Shown here piece after piece: positions 1 to 12,450 of a DNA stretch of 62,685 nt; positions within the stretch are counted from its first letter, which is position 1, and the number at the start of each line of letters is the position of its first letter. The notes beneath the pieces are model-generated. The model ran no database searches. It was given only the letters and a program-made list of their open reading frames with translations, and was not told where the DNA came from. Where the stretch lies: the NCBI RefSeq assembly GCF_004010195.1, contig NC_057754.1, positions 2,884,459 to 2,947,143 of the forward strand, in the 5' to 3' direction. This stretch comes from Chiloscyllium plagiosum (Eukaryota). The translations under genes were made by a program, and so were the position numbers.

Positions 1-333
1 GTGGAGTGGGAGGGGGAGTTGAAGTGTTGAGCCACGGGGTGGTTGGGTTGGTTGGTCCGGGTGTCCCCGAGGTGTTCTCTGAAACATTCTGCAAGTAGGC
101 GGCCTGTCACCTTAACCTCCTTCCACCTATCGCATTTCCAACGCCCCTCCCCCAAGTCCCTCCTCCCTACCTTTTATCTTAGCCTGCTTGGCACACTTTC
201 CTCATTCCTGAAGAAGGGCTCATGCCCGAAACATCGATTCTCCTGCTCCTTGGATGCTGCCTGACCTGCTGCGCTTTTCCAGCAACACATTTTCAGCTCT
301 GATCTCCAGCAGCTGCAGTCCTCACTTTTTCCT
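1..333. mobile_element. Penelope-like element fragment: inverted GIY-YIG piece plus 3' tail with hammerhead motif
   Basis: Minus strand of 1-107 encodes TGRLLAECFREHLGDTRTNQPNHPVAQHFNSPSHS (PLE GIY-YIG-like). Plus strand 208-240 reads CTGAAGA-A-GGGC-TCAT-GCCC-GAAAC-ATC-GATTC. Confidence 0.8.
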
Positions 334-1374
334 AAACAATAAAGCACAGACTGTAAAGTGCTTTGGGAACATCTGGGGTTTGACAGGCGCTACGGAAATC
401 TAAAGTTCACATTAAAAAAAAATCTCTTAAACCGTACGATAAAGTTAGGTAGCCACAGCAGTCCCCTCCTGGTGGCAGACAGCAACTTTGGAAAAGCAGT
501 GCTCAGTGAGGTGGCCATTAACCATGTCTTCCCCCACTCCTCCCCCCCCTCCACCCCACCTCAGTCTCCCTCACCCCAAAAATCTTAAATGAGGTGCCAC
601 AAGAGGACCATGCGGAGTCCTGGAAGATAAGTCAGCATTTGGACTTTTGCAGGTAAGGCTTTATTTTCAAGAACTGGTGTCGGGGATGTTTTAAAGCCAC
701 ACAGTCCAGCTCCGAACACGCTGGAGGAGGGCTCAGTGCCGGCCAAGAGGCTCAACAGGAAATTCAACCGGTGACAACAAACATGGAAAGAATAGCTAAG
801 TGTGCAAGTGTTAAAGTCCACTCCTGCCTTCAGTCCACAACAGGCCAAGAGACAATTCAGGGGAGGGCTCCTGGGCATGTTAACCACAGCCCAGTGACAG
901 CAACAAAGAGGTCAGCTCAGACCTGTGATTATTAAGACAGGCTCCACAACCTAAATGAGACAGGATGGACAAAAAATAACGACCATACGCCCACTTCCCT
1001 GTGAATTCAAGGACCCTGTACCTCTAGCAGGCTGTCCTGATAACCACAGGTCTGAGCTGAAGGCTTTGTCGCTGCTACTGGGCTGTGGTTAATATGCCCA
1101 GGATACCTCCTTTTGCCACCCTTTTACAGGAATGAGGAACCAAAACAAGCCAAGACCAGCCTGCTCCTGGCACAGACCAACACTCCAATACTGACAGACC
1201 CTGACAAACCCAACAGTGATTTCCATAATAAAAGAACCAATAACTGTGGAGACTGGAAATCTGAAATAGAGGGTGTGTCAAGCTAAAACAAGTATATTAT
1301 TTCAAGGCACAGTAAGCCAGTGGAAGAAATCTTATGGATATGCTGGGAGGTAACCAGAAAGTATGCAGAATTTA

Positions 1375-2872
1375 ACACAACAGTGTGACAGTACTGATGG
1401 GGACACGTCTGTCACAGTGTAACATGGGGTACAGTACTGATGGGGACAGGTCTGTCACAGTATAACATTGGGGTACAGTACTGATGGGGACAGGTCTGTC
1501 ACAGTGTAACATGGGGTACAGTACTGATGGGGACACGTCTGTCAGTGTAACATGGGGTACAGTACTGATGGGGACACGTCTGTCACAGTGTAACATGGGG
1601 TATAGTACTGATGGGGACACATCTGTCAGTGTAACATGGGGTACAGTACTGATGGGGACACGTCAGTCACAGTATAACACTGGGGTACAGTACTGATGGG
1701 GACACGTCAGTCACAGTGTAACACTGGGGTACAGTACTGATAGGGACACGTCAGTCACAGTGTAACACTGGGGTACAGTACTGATGGGGACACGTCAGTC
1801 ACTGTGTAACATGGGGTACAGTACTGATGGGGACACGTCAGTCACAGTATAACACTGGGGTATAGTACTGATGGGGACAGGTCTGTCACAGTGTAACATG
1901 GGGTACAGTACTGATGGGGACACGTCTGTCACAGTATAACACTGGGGTACAGGTCTGTCACGGTATAACACGGGGTACAGGTCTGTCACAGTATAACACG
2001 GGGTACAGGTCTGTCACAGTATAACACGGGGTACAGGTCTGTCACAGTATAACACGGGGTACAGGTCTGTCACAGTATAACACGGGGTACAGGTCCGTCA
2101 CAGTATAACACGGGGTACAGGTCCGTCACAGTATAACACGGGGTACAGGTCTGTCACCGTATAACACGGGGTACAGGTCTGTCACAGTATAACACGGGGT
2201 ACAGGTCTGTCACAGTATAACACGGGGTACAGGTCTGTCACAGTATAACACGGGGTACAGGTCTGTCACAGTATAACACGGGGTACAGGTCTGTCACAGT
2301 ATAACACGGGGTACAGGTCTGTCACAGTATAACACGGGGTACAGGTCTGTCACAGTATAACACGGGGTACAGGTCTGTCACAGTATAACACGGGGTACAG
2401 GTCTGTCACAGTATAACACGGGGTACAGGTCTGTCACAGTATAACACGGGGTACAGGTCTGTCACAGTATAACACGGGGTACAGGTCTGTCACAGTATAA
2501 CACGGGGTACAGGTCTGTCACAGTATAACACGGGGTACAGGTCTGTCACAGTATAACACGGGGTACAGGTCTGTCACAGTATAACACGGGGTACAGGTCT
2601 GTCACAGTATAACACGGGGTACAGGTCTGTCACAGTATAACACGGGGTACAGGTCTGTCACAGTATAACACGGGGTACAGGTCTGTCACAGTATAACACG
2701 GGGTACAGGTCTGTCACAGTATAACAGGTCTGTCACGGTATAACACTGGGGTACAGTACTGGTGGGGACAGGTCTGTCACTATATAACACTGGGGTACAG
2801 TACTGGTGGGGATAGGTCTGTCACTGTATTACACTGGGGTACAGTACTGGTGGGGACAGGTCTGTCACTGTG
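1375..2872. repeat. Tandem satellite: 41-44 bp units flanking a homogeneous 28 bp array
   Basis: Unit GGTCTGTCACAGTGTAACATGGGGTACAGTACTGATGGGGACA; about 1950-2720 is GGTCTGTCACAGTATAACACGGGGTACA repeated. Confidence 0.97.
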
Positions 2873-3439
2873 TGGTCGTAACGTCCAGGTCTGTAAGTGG
2901 GCCTGGGAACAACTTGAAACGCATTAGCAAAACAGCCAGCATCCTCTCCAACGTGGTGCTGATTCAGGAAGTCTCTAACTCAATTTGCACCCTGCCAAGT
3001 TGGCTTTGTGGTGACATTTGGAGCCATGAGGGAAAAAGTTGTTACCACGCCTACAGTAGGGGGAGTGGGGAATGTTGGGAGACTCGACATCCAAGAGGCC
3101 ACATCAACCAGGAGCGAGACTCGATCCTGTGTTCAAGAACTGAAATGGGTGTTGATTAGTCAAATGGCTCCACCTAGCAGAAGAACAGCAAATGGCAGTC
3201 ACCCGTACACAGTACAATCACGCAGCTTCCATCTAGAAAGACAGTCACTTCTATTGGCCCCTTCTTACGTGGACTCTGTTGCCTAACCTGAGACCCTGAA
3301 GGGATTTCTCTCAACGAATATCAGATTTGGGGGAATCAAATCTAGATCTGCATTTTGATAGTTCTTGAAACCAGTGGACATCCAGAGAGCTTAACAGCCA
3401 ACGAAACATTTTTTTTAAAAAGTGGGGTCACTATTGTGA

Positions 3440-3640
3440 TGTAGCACAGCAAGTCTCACTAATACCAGCGTGATGATGACCCATACTTTTCAGTGATATT
3501 GACTGAGGGATGTTTATGGTCCCCAGTACACTGGGGAGACAATCTCTCCACCCCATTCTGCTTCAAATAGTGCACATGGAACCCAACTGGTCTCAGTTCA
3601 ACATCTCACCTGAAAGATAGTAGCTCTGCAGTGCAGATTA
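3440..3640 (-). mobile_element. Degenerate Deu-domain SINE (SacSINE1/AmnSINE1-like)
   Basis: Motifs cagtgatattgactgagggatg...ggggaga...cttcaaatagtgc...catctcacctgaaaga...gcagtgcag resemble the Deu core recalled from the literature. Related copies at about 34580-34870 and 50280-50590. Confidence 0.5.
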
Positions 3641-3844
3641 ACTCAAATGTAAATGCATACTGTCACACGTTCTGCTAAAAACGGTCAATACCAAGCCAAA
3701 ATATCAGATTATCAGCTGTGAATCATATCACAGGTGAAGAACATCACCCACAGCCCCATTACTGCCCCCTCCTCCAAATAAATAAAACACCCTGTGCTGC
3801 AGAGACCCGGATATAGTCCTAAATCACAACAGCAACTGTATCTA

Positions 3845-4295
3845 GAACAAAGCGCAATACAGCACAGGAACAGGCCCTTCGGTCTTCCAAGCGTGAGCAG
3901 ACACCTTTTGCCCTTCCATACTAAAACTGGCTTCATTTACAGGGTCCGTATCCCTCTATTCCCTTCCTAGTCATGTATTTGTCCAAGTGTTTGTTGAAAG
4001 CTGCTATTCTTCCACCAGATCCTCTGGCAGTGCGTTTCAGGACTCACCACCCTTTGTGTGAAAAGGCTGCCTCGCACATCTCTTAAATGCTGCACCCCCT
4101 CCACACCACGAGCCTGTGTTCTCTAGTAATTGATCCCACCAACCTGGGAAAAAAAAGGCTGATACCTTATCCATGCCATACACAATCTTATAAACTTCTA
4201 ACAGCTCGCTCCTCAACCCCCTGCATTCCAGTGAAAACAAACCCAGTCTATCTGGCCTTTCTTCATAGCTAAACATCCCCCATACTAGGTAACCT
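3845..4295 (-). mobile_element. CR1 LINE 3' fragment
   Basis: Minus-strand peptide SYEERPDRLGLFSLECRGLRSELLEVYKI (CR1 ORF2 C-terminus) plus the typical 3' tail. Confidence 0.85.
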
Positions 4296-5125
4296 CTGAA
4301 GTCAGCTAGACTCAAAATGTTAGCTTGCTCTCTCTCTCCATGGAAGCTGCCTGGTGTGCTGTGATCTCCAACATTTGTTGCTTTCTGTACCTCAAGGAAA
4401 ACTGACACAGGCTTAGCAGCAGAATGCAGATGGCCCAGAGAAACAATTGCAGGCACTGTTAAAAGACTGAGCAGTGAAATGCACGGGGCTCTGATTTTAA
4501 CAATCAAGCAGTGAGAGGCCACCAGCCCTTTCAACTATCATTGACAGGGCTGTTAGAAACTGGCACCAGGCAGGAACGTTAACACAGGAACTCAATGCTG
4601 AAGGATCAGGCCACCATTTTGAGTTGGGGTCACTAATTGCAAGGCTGTGCCCGCTTGATTTCAGCAGTACCATTCTCACCCTTCAACTGGGAATGAAGGG
4701 CGTTCAAACAGCCGATGTTCACTGGCCGGCTGCTACACACAGGTGGGGAACAGCTACTGTGCTCAATAACATGTTCAGTAGCGTTGACATCGGTCACACA
4801 GCAAGGCCAGATTATCGCCTTACCACCACTGGTGGCCTTGCCTTCAGCAGCCCGGAGGCCTGAAGGCTCTGGAGATCTCTCCCTGAAGCCCTCTGCCCCT
4901 CACCAGTGCTCCTTCAAGACACTCCTGAAAACCCTCTGCTCTCCTACTTCTTCTGCAGCCCAATGGCAAATTGTTTGATTACATTCCATGCAGTGTGGCA
5001 GGATTTTTACTGCATTAAAAAGGTACTTTATATAAATGCAGGGGGTTACAGCCAAGTTCTCCTGCAGCACTGAACTCACTCAGTGGGGCTGAAAAGGGGT
5101 TAATGCAAACTAGCTATCTTCAAAC

Positions 5126-5321
5126 CTCTTGGGTAGATGAGCAAAGGGATCCTTTGTTTTGGGCTGGGAAGCGAGGGCCTCATCACAGGCATCCTGCTCC
5201 TCCTCTGGGGCTGGCTCCTCCTTTTTCTCCTTCCTCTTCTCCTTCTTCTCTTGTGGCTTGGGTTCTTTCGGTTCCTTCGGTGCCTTCTCCTTCTTGGGCT
5301 GCAGTTCGGCAAACTTCTTGG
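5126..5321 (-). CDS. EEF1G: Elongation factor 1-gamma, coding exon (exon 7 equivalent, K/E-rich linker)
   Basis: (A)[64 protein letters not shown](S/R). 196 nt, cag acceptor, gtttga donor. Later exons not seen in 1-5125. Confidence 0.95.
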
Positions 5322-5911
5322 CTGCCCGGAAAGGAAAGAGCCAGGGTTAACCACGCCTCTACCACCGCACTTAGACCGGGCACAGACCACACCGAAGGCT
5401 GTGCCGTTCCCTCGCTCTGTCGCACACAGCTGCTGGGATACCTTAAACCTAACAGATGGTAGGTAGCTAGCTCCCAAATGTCCCTGTGTGGTGAAGCTGC
5501 AGATCAATACAACGCCTCAGGGAAATCCCTGCCTACAAAAAGGGTAATTTTAGTTCTGCAAACTGACCTCAAAAAGCTCCCTCTACACTGCCTCATCAAA
5601 CTATCTCAGGACAAGTTCTTAACATGTTATCCGACACAGAAACAGTTACAATTGTTCAAAAGAATGAAATCTATAGCCCAAACACAGACTATTTCACTCA
5701 ACAGCTCCATGATGGTGTCACCCCACAATTACCTTCTTCCACATCTTATTAGTGATCGCACCCCATCAACATTCTGTTCACCCAGCTTTCCCTTGAGAGC
5801 ATCGGTACTATGTGCCCCAATGACATCCTGTTGCAGAATCCTACATTCCCAGCAAAGAGCTTTCTCCCGAATTCCCAATGGACTGTTCCCTAGCAGGCGC
5901 CCTAGTTCCCT

Positions 5912-6215
5912 AGTCCCCATCAAACACTCCCAGGACAGGGACAGCACGGGGTTAGACACAGAGCAAAGCTCCCTCTACACTGTCCCCCATCAAACACTCC
6001 CCAGGACAGGGACAGCATGGGGTTAGACACGGAGCAAAGCTCCCTCTACACTGTCCCCCATCAAACACTCCCCAGGACAGGGACAGCACGGGGTTAGACA
6101 CAGAGCAAAGCTCTCTCTACACTGTCCCCAGATACGTTCAGGAAAGGGACAGCATGGGCTAAGATACAGAGTAAAGCTCTCTCAACACTGCCTCATCTAA
6201 AACTATCTCAGGGCA
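5912..6215. repeat. About 70 bp tandem repeat, roughly 4 copies, in EEF1G intron 6
   Basis: CCCCATCAAACACTCCCAGGACAGGGACAGCACGGGGTTAGACACAGAGCAAAGCTCCCTCTACACTGT repeats at 70-71 bp spacing. Degenerate copy near 5570-5640. Confidence 0.92.
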
Positions 6216-6280
6216 AGAGGTTGAATCTCAGATGTACAATTAATGAGGATTTTTTGTGGATTCAGCATATCAACACTTAC

Positions 6281-6410
6281 CGTCAAATTGTGCCATTTTA
6301 TCGCACAACTTCACTTCCCCCAGGACAGCTTTGAACTGAGGCTGGTTAATGCAGGTAATGAACCATCGGTTCATATTGGTGTAGGGCTGCCGGAAAGAGG
6401 GGTCCAGAAC
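6281..6410 (-). CDS. EEF1G: Elongation factor 1-gamma, coding exon (exon 6 equivalent)
   Basis: [43 protein letters not shown]. 130 nt, tag acceptor, gtaagt donor. Confidence 0.97.
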
Positions 6411-7934
6411 CTACACCGAGAGAGAGAGAAAAACCAGAATCAGATGGAGAAATTCCATCAAAAGCAAGCATTTACTTTCCCCTCAGAACTGGCACTGCAG
6501 ATTGACAGAATAGGACCCAGGTGCTACAGTATCACTTTGCTATTTGGAAGCCAGGCTCCCTGAGGGGTTGGGGAATAACAGGCTGATAGCAGCCTTCGAC
6601 AGGACTGTCTCCACTGCTCAGCTGTTCTGATGAAAGATCATCGATCTGACATACTGGCAGGGTTTCCACTCCCCAGTGCAGCCTGCCCTGATGATTGTCA
6701 ACATTTTCTGCTTTTGCAGGACTTGGCTTAAGCAGCAACCTTCCCAGCTAATCCCAGACAGCTATTGCAGAGCCAGGTAAACAGGAGCGACTGCTCATGT
6801 CTCATGAGCTCTCAGCCAGTGTTCACACTTCTCCCTGATGCAACCACTTTCATGTGGAAAAACACCAACCAGCAATGTGCACAGATACAGATCCAAAACA
6901 TGGCTACTTAGATGCACTGATTTTAAACCATGGAAGGTTGGGAGAGGATGGAGAACTGTCTGTTTCTCATGGGTGTTGCAGGATTTCTAATTCACATCTA
7001 AATCTGGTGGATAAGCAGGATTTCTGTTTCACGCCTCATCCAAAGGGCAGCACCTCTGACAGTGCAGCACTCCGGCAGGTGCAGACGTGCAAACTACAGC
7101 TAAGGGTAAAAAGACCCTCTTGGGCGTTATCTACAGGCCCCCAAACAGTAGTCTGGATGTTGGATGGAAGTTGAATCAGGAGCTGAAATTGACCTGTCGC
7201 AAAGATGTTACTACAGTTGTTATGGGGGATTTCAACATGCAGGTAGACTGGGAGAGTCAGGATGGTATTGGACCTCAAGAAAGAGACTTTGTGGAGTGCC
7301 TCCGAGATGGATTCTTAGAACAGCTGGTGCTGGAGAAGGCAGTTCTGGATCTGGTATTGTGCAACGAACCAGAATTGATCAGGGACCGCGAAGTGAAGGA
7401 GCCATTGGGAAGTAGTGACCATAAAACAATAAGCTTCAATCTGCAATTTGAGAGGGAGAGGGTACAGTCGGAAGTGACAATAGTTCCGTTGAATAAAAGG
7501 AACTATGGAGCTATGAGGGAGGAGCTGGCCAAAGTTCAATGGTGCAATACCTTAGCAGGGATGACCGTGGAGGAACAATGGCAGATATTTCTATGTATAA
7601 TGCAGAAGATGCAGGATCAGTTCATTCCAAAAAGGAAGATAGATCCTAGGAGGCATGGGTGGCCGTGGCTGACGAGGGAAGTTAAGAAACATACAATGTT
7701 AAAAGAGAAAAAGTATAACATAGTAAAGATAAGTGAGAAAACGGAGGACTGGGAAGCTTTTAAACAACAGAGGATTACTGAGAAGGAAATACGCAGAGTT
7801 CAAAATGAGGTACGAAATTAAATTGGCCAAAAATATAAAGGAGGGTAGTTTTGTTTAGGTATGTGAAAGGCAAAAAAATGGTTAAGACTAAAATTGGGCC
7901 CTTGAAGACAGAAACAGGGGAATATATTACGGGG

Positions 7935-8093
7935 CTGAAAATGTGTTGCTGGAAAAGCGCAGGTCAGGCAGCATCCAAGGAGCAGGAGAAACGTCGATTC
8001 TCCTGCTCCTTGGATGCTGCCTGACCTGCTGCACTTTTCCAGCAACATATTTTCAGCTCTGATCTCCAGCACCCGCAGTCCTCACTTTCTCCT
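7935..8093. mobile_element. Fold-back PLE-derived insertion with 14 bp TSD
   Basis: TSD AATATATTACGGGG at 7921-7934 and 8094-8107. Inverted arms surround GAAACGTC, a remnant of the hammerhead core. Confidence 0.88.
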
Positions 8094-9270
8094 AATATAT
8101 TACGGGGAACAAAGAAATGGCAGAAGAATTGAATTGGTACTTCTGAGCTGTGTTCACTGGGGAAGACACAAGCAAGCTCCCTGAGGTAACAGTGGCTGAA
8201 GGACCTGAACTGAAGGAAATTTATATTTGCCAGGAATTGGTGTTGGAGAGACTGTTAGGTCTGAAGGTTGATAAGTCCCCGGGGCCTGATGGTCTACATC
8301 CCAGGGTACTGAAGGAGGTGGCTCGAGAAATCGTGGATGCGTTGGTGATTATTTTCCAGATTTCGATAGATTTGGGATCAGTTCCTGCGGATTGGAGGGT
8401 GGCTAATGTTGTACCACTTTTTAAGAAAGGTGGGAGAGAGAAAGCAGGAAATTATAGACCAGTTAGTCTGACCTCAGTGGTGGGAAAGATGCTGGAGTCT
8501 ATTATAAAGGATGAAATTACGACACATCTGGATAGTAGTAACAGGATAGGACAGAGTCAGCATGGATTTATGAAGGGGAAATCATGCTTGACTAATCTTC
8601 TGGAATTTTTTGAGGATGTAACTCTGAAGATGGACGAGGGAGATCCAGTAGATGTAGTGTACCTGGACTTTCAGAAAACTTTTGATAAAGTCCCACANNN
8701 NNNNNNNNNNNNNNNNNNNNNNNNNNNNNNNNNNNNNNNNNNNNNNNNNNNNNNNNNNNNNNNNNAGCTGCATGGCAGATGCAGTTTAATGTGGATAAAT
8801 GTATGGTTGTCCACTTTGGTGGCAAGAACAGGAAGGCAGATTGCTACCTAAATGGAATCAATTTAGGTAAAGGGGTAGTACAAGGAGACCTGAGTGTTCT
8901 TGTGCACCAGTCAATGAAGGTAAGCATGCAGGTACAGCAGATAGTGAAGGCGGCTAATAGCATGCTGGCCTTCATAACAAGAGGGATTGAGTATAGAAGC
9001 AATAGAGGTTCTTCTGCAGCTGCACAGGGCCCTGGTGAGACCACACCTGGAGTACTGTGTGCAGTTCTGGTCTCCAAATTTGAGGAAAGACATTCTGGCT
9101 ATTGAGGGAGTGCAGCGTAGGTTCACGAGGTCAATTCCTGGAATGGTGGGACTACCTTTCCCTGAAAGACTGGAGGGGATCTGATTGAGACATATAAGAT
9201 TCTTAAAGGATTGGACACTCTGGAGGCAAGAAACATGTTTGCGCTGATGGCTGAGTGCCGAACCAGAGGA

Positions 9271-9474
9271 GCTGAAAATGTGTTGCTGGAAAAGCGCAGC
9301 AGGTCAAGCAGCATCCAAGGAGCATGAGCCCTTCTTCAGGAAGGGCTCCTGAAGAAGGGCTTATGCCCGAAACGCCGATTCTCCTGCTCCTTGGATGCTG
9401 CCTGACCTGCTGCGCTTTTCCAGCAACACATTTTCAGCTCTGATCTCCAGCATCTGCAGTCCTCACTTTCTCCT
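9271..9474. mobile_element. Fold-back PLE-derived insertion with hammerhead motif and ~13 bp TSD
   Basis: TSD CCGAACCAGAGGA (9258-9270) / CCAAACCAGAGGA (9475-9487). CTGAAGA-A-GGGC-TTAT-GCCC-GAAAC at 9349-9373. Confidence 0.88.
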
Positions 9475-9868
9475 CCAAACCAGAGGACACAGCTTAAAAA
9501 TAAAGGGTAGACCATTTAGGACATAGATGAGGAGAAACTTCTTCACCAGAGAGTGGTGGCTGTGTGGAATGCTCTGCCCCAGAGGGCAGTGGAGGCCCAG
9601 TCTCTGGATTCATTTAAGAAAGAGTTGGATAGAGCTCTCAAGGATTGTGGAATCAAGGGTTATGGAGATAAGGCAGGAACAGGATACTGATTAAGGATGA
9701 TCAGCCATGATCATATTGAATGGTGGCGCAGGCTCGAAGGGCAGAATGGCCCACTCCTGCACCTATTGTCTATTGTCACGACCGAGACTGGGAGCCCACT
9801 ACAGAGGCCAGCACACAGCAAATGCAAGCCCCAGATTAACCCCGACCCCTCCAGTGCTGGCACACTAC

Positions 9869-10012
9869 CTGTTTATAGAGCCAGAGGAGGGAACAGACCA
9901 CCGTGATGTCAGCCAGGGTGACCCGCTCGCCCACCAGGAAGGTACGGGTCTTCAGGAACTCGTTTAGAATACTGAGCACTTTCTTCACCTCCTCCTTGGC
10001 GTGTTCGGTGGC
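9869..10012 (-). CDS. EEF1G: Elongation factor 1-gamma, coding exon (exon 5 equivalent)
   Basis: [48 protein letters not shown] (GST-C domain). 144 nt, AG/GT boundaries. Confidence 0.97.
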
Positions 10013-10270
10013 CTGTAAGACAACAGTCACCAAATAAAACACAGCAGCTGTACATCCAAGATCCCACAATATTCAGAGATGGTGCCTTGACTCAGGAATT
10101 CCCCCATCCCAGGCAGCTCCTGGGCACTGTTTTAGAAACTGCCCCTATCCTCTACTGCTGAGAGTACTGACTGAGGTCACGATAATTTATACCTTTTGTG
10201 GGCTTCTTGAGAGGTTCTCCCCCCCCCCCAGGAGCTCTTTTTAATCTAGAATGATGCCACGATGTATGGA

Positions 10271-10580
10271 TGGCATGGTGGCTCAGTGGTTAGCACTGCA
10301 GCCTAGGGACACTGGTTCGATTCCACCCTGGGGCCACTGCCTGCGTGATGTTTGTACATTCTTCTAGTGACTGTACGGGTTTCCTCCAGGTGCTCCGGTT
10401 TCTTCCAACAGTCCAAAGACGTGCTGGTTATGTAGACTGCTTACAGTGTTGAGGCTAGGTGGATTAGCTATGGGAAATGCAGGATTACAGGGATGGGGTA
10501 GGTAGTGCATCTGGGTGAGATGCTCTTCATGGTCTCGATGGGCTGCTTGGCCTGCTTCCACACTGTTGGGATACTATGAT
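10271..10580 (+). mobile_element. HE1-type V-SINE (degenerate)
   Basis: tRNA-like head TGGCTCAGTGGTTAGCAC...GGTTCGATTCC, V-core GGGTTTCCTCCAGGTGCTCCGGTTTC and LINE-like tail. Confidence 0.85.
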
Positions 10581-11024
10581 CGTAGCATTACCTCCTGCAT
10601 TTTAAAATTTTCTTCTTTAGAATACTAAGGTAACACAAACACCAAAGATTCTATACAGGCCTACACTACACATCGCAGCCTGGAATCCAAAATAAAACTT
10701 GCTAATGTATTTATATCTCTAAAATGCATACACCCACCCCACTCCCCAGATACAGAGAAACCTAGACTATCTGAAGCACAGGGAGGGGGGTGTGGATTTT
10801 TTTTTGTTTGGTTAATTGAATTCCAGATAATAGTTAGCCAAGCATTGTGATCCAGTTCAGATACTCTGCAATACAGTTAATCGAGTTTCCTCTGTAGCTC
10901 CCTGCCACTTCCTTGGCAGCTGTGGGATCCACTGTGCTGTTCCTATTCTCCCATATACCTTCACATCAACAGACTCACCACAGAACATTCAATGATATGT
11001 TAAAAGTGATCAGTTTTCTTTCAA

Positions 11025-11283
11025 AACCGAAAGAACTGCAGATGCTGTCAGTCAGAAACAAAAACTGGAAAGGTTGCTGGAAAAGCTCGACAGGTCTGAC
11101 AGAACCTGCAAAGAGAAATCAGGGTTAACATTTAGCAATCAGTGAACCTTCCTCAGAACGGGGCAACTGAATTCCGGGAAAGGATCCCTGGACCAGACCC
11201 GAAATGTTAACTCTGATTTCTCTCCACAAGATGCTGCCAGATCTGCAGAGCTTTTCCAGCAACTTCTACCTTTGTTTCAGCTT
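11025..11283. mobile_element. Fold-back PLE-derived element, degenerate hammerhead (GAAACGTTAAC family)
   Basis: Inverted arms gttgctggaaaagctc...gagcttttccagcaac, and GACCCGAAATGTTAACTCTG in the centre-right. Confidence 0.65.
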
Positions 11284-11894
11284 CCTTTCAAACTTGACAA
11301 ACACAATTTACACAACCAAAATCGATCATGAAAGCAAACGCAAAGACGTCCAGATTTTAAGCTGTAATAAAGCAGTTTTCAAAGTGAGTTTAAGAGCTTG
11401 AGTCACAAATCCAAGTTTCCGCCCACACTCGTCCAACATCAGGAGAGCTTCTCCAACACGTTGTTTGTATACAAAGGAAGCAGATTTGTTCCAGTCATGA
11501 AGCAGGGTGCAGCTGAAGATGGAGAACGAGAGAAATTATAGCCTGAACGTTCGAAGCCAAATCTTCGAGCTCACTCATATTTGCGTGAGAGAAGGTGGTG
11601 GCAAATTAAACAACCTGAGAGATGGGGGGCCAAAACCAAAGTGGTATTATCTGGAAAGATGGCAGGTTAGGTGAAACCTGGGCTTAGTCAATCACCCAAC
11701 TGAACTGACTGAAACCTAGGTTCAGCTCTGAGAAGTTCAAGCAGGACCCATGCTGGCTCCCCGGAAACTGCTCAGACCCCTCAGGTTCAGCTGCAGCACC
11801 AGACCCAAAGCAGTGCCTCCAATTACAGAGCCTTGCCTCAAAGAACAGGTCCTTGACCAAGGAGCTGGAGTGTGACCCGGATCAGAAATTGGAG

Positions 11895-12450
11895 GCAAGA
11901 ATAGAAGTCGCTGGAGAAACTCAGCAGGTCGGACATCATCTGTGCCGAGAGAAACAGTGTTAACGCCTCGGGTCTTGTGACCCAGCTTCAGAACTATTAG
12001 TGGCCAGACAAAGATGGCATATATGCTGAAGACAAGGGCTGCCAGGAATAGGAATGAAAGTGGCAGGGGGACATGGAGCCACAAGGAGAGAAAGACATTC
12101 AAGCAGGCATGTAGATGGATAATGATAAGCCACAGAGAGAAAGAAAAGCTGCTAATGGGCTGTGTTGAAAGCAACCCATGTCACGAAAGGGCCTGGGGGG
12201 GAGTACAGGACATAGGAGATGCAGCCGAGCCCCGAAAATTCCTGAACTCAATGCCGAGTGCTGAAGGCTGCAGGATACCCAAGAGCAAAATGAGATGCTC
12301 TTCCAGCTTGCTGTGAGCCTCGTTGGGAGCACCACAGCTGTCCTGAGAACACAGTGGTTATGCTGAAGTGGTAGGCAACCAGGAGCTTGGGATCATTCAT
12401 GCAGACAGAACAGAGGTGTTCCTCAAAGTGGTTGCAGAGCGTCTGTGCTT
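11895..12450 (-). mobile_element. Penelope-like element 3' fragment (degenerate GIY-YIG plus tail)
   Basis: Minus strand gives NHFEEHLCSVCMNDPKLLVAYHF..., then the tail agttCTGAAGCtGGGTCacaaGACCCgaggcGTTaac (decayed hammerhead). Confidence 0.7.

Larger units (their letters stand above)
7085..9776 (+). mobile_element. CR1-clade LINE, 5'-truncated, disrupted ORF2 (APE endonuclease end plus RT)
   Basis: ORFs 7087-7821 (GVIYRPP, MGDFN, LDLVL, SDH) and 8150-8697 (KSPGPDGLHPRVLKE, NYRPVSLTS, YLDFQKTFDKVP), then RPHLEYCVQFWSP. Stops, frameshifts and two nested insertions. Confidence 0.95.

Noticed and set aside
1375..2872. Regular short repeats as a CRISPR array
   Set aside because: No unique spacers, eukaryotic context and no cas genes.
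3470..3507. TGATGA...CTGA C/D-box-like pair
   Set aside because: Too short, antisense to EEF1G and inside a Deu-SINE remnant.
4517..4625. Hairpins CAGCCCT-T-TCAA/TTGA-C-AGGGCTG and AACTCAA/TTGAGTT in EEF1G intron 7
   Set aside because: Short stems without snoRNA boxes on the sense strand or a miRNA-length stem. Compatible with chance.
5100..5507. Arg-rich and Leu-rich ORFs
   Set aside because: Alternative or antisense frames of the purine-rich EEF1G exon 7.
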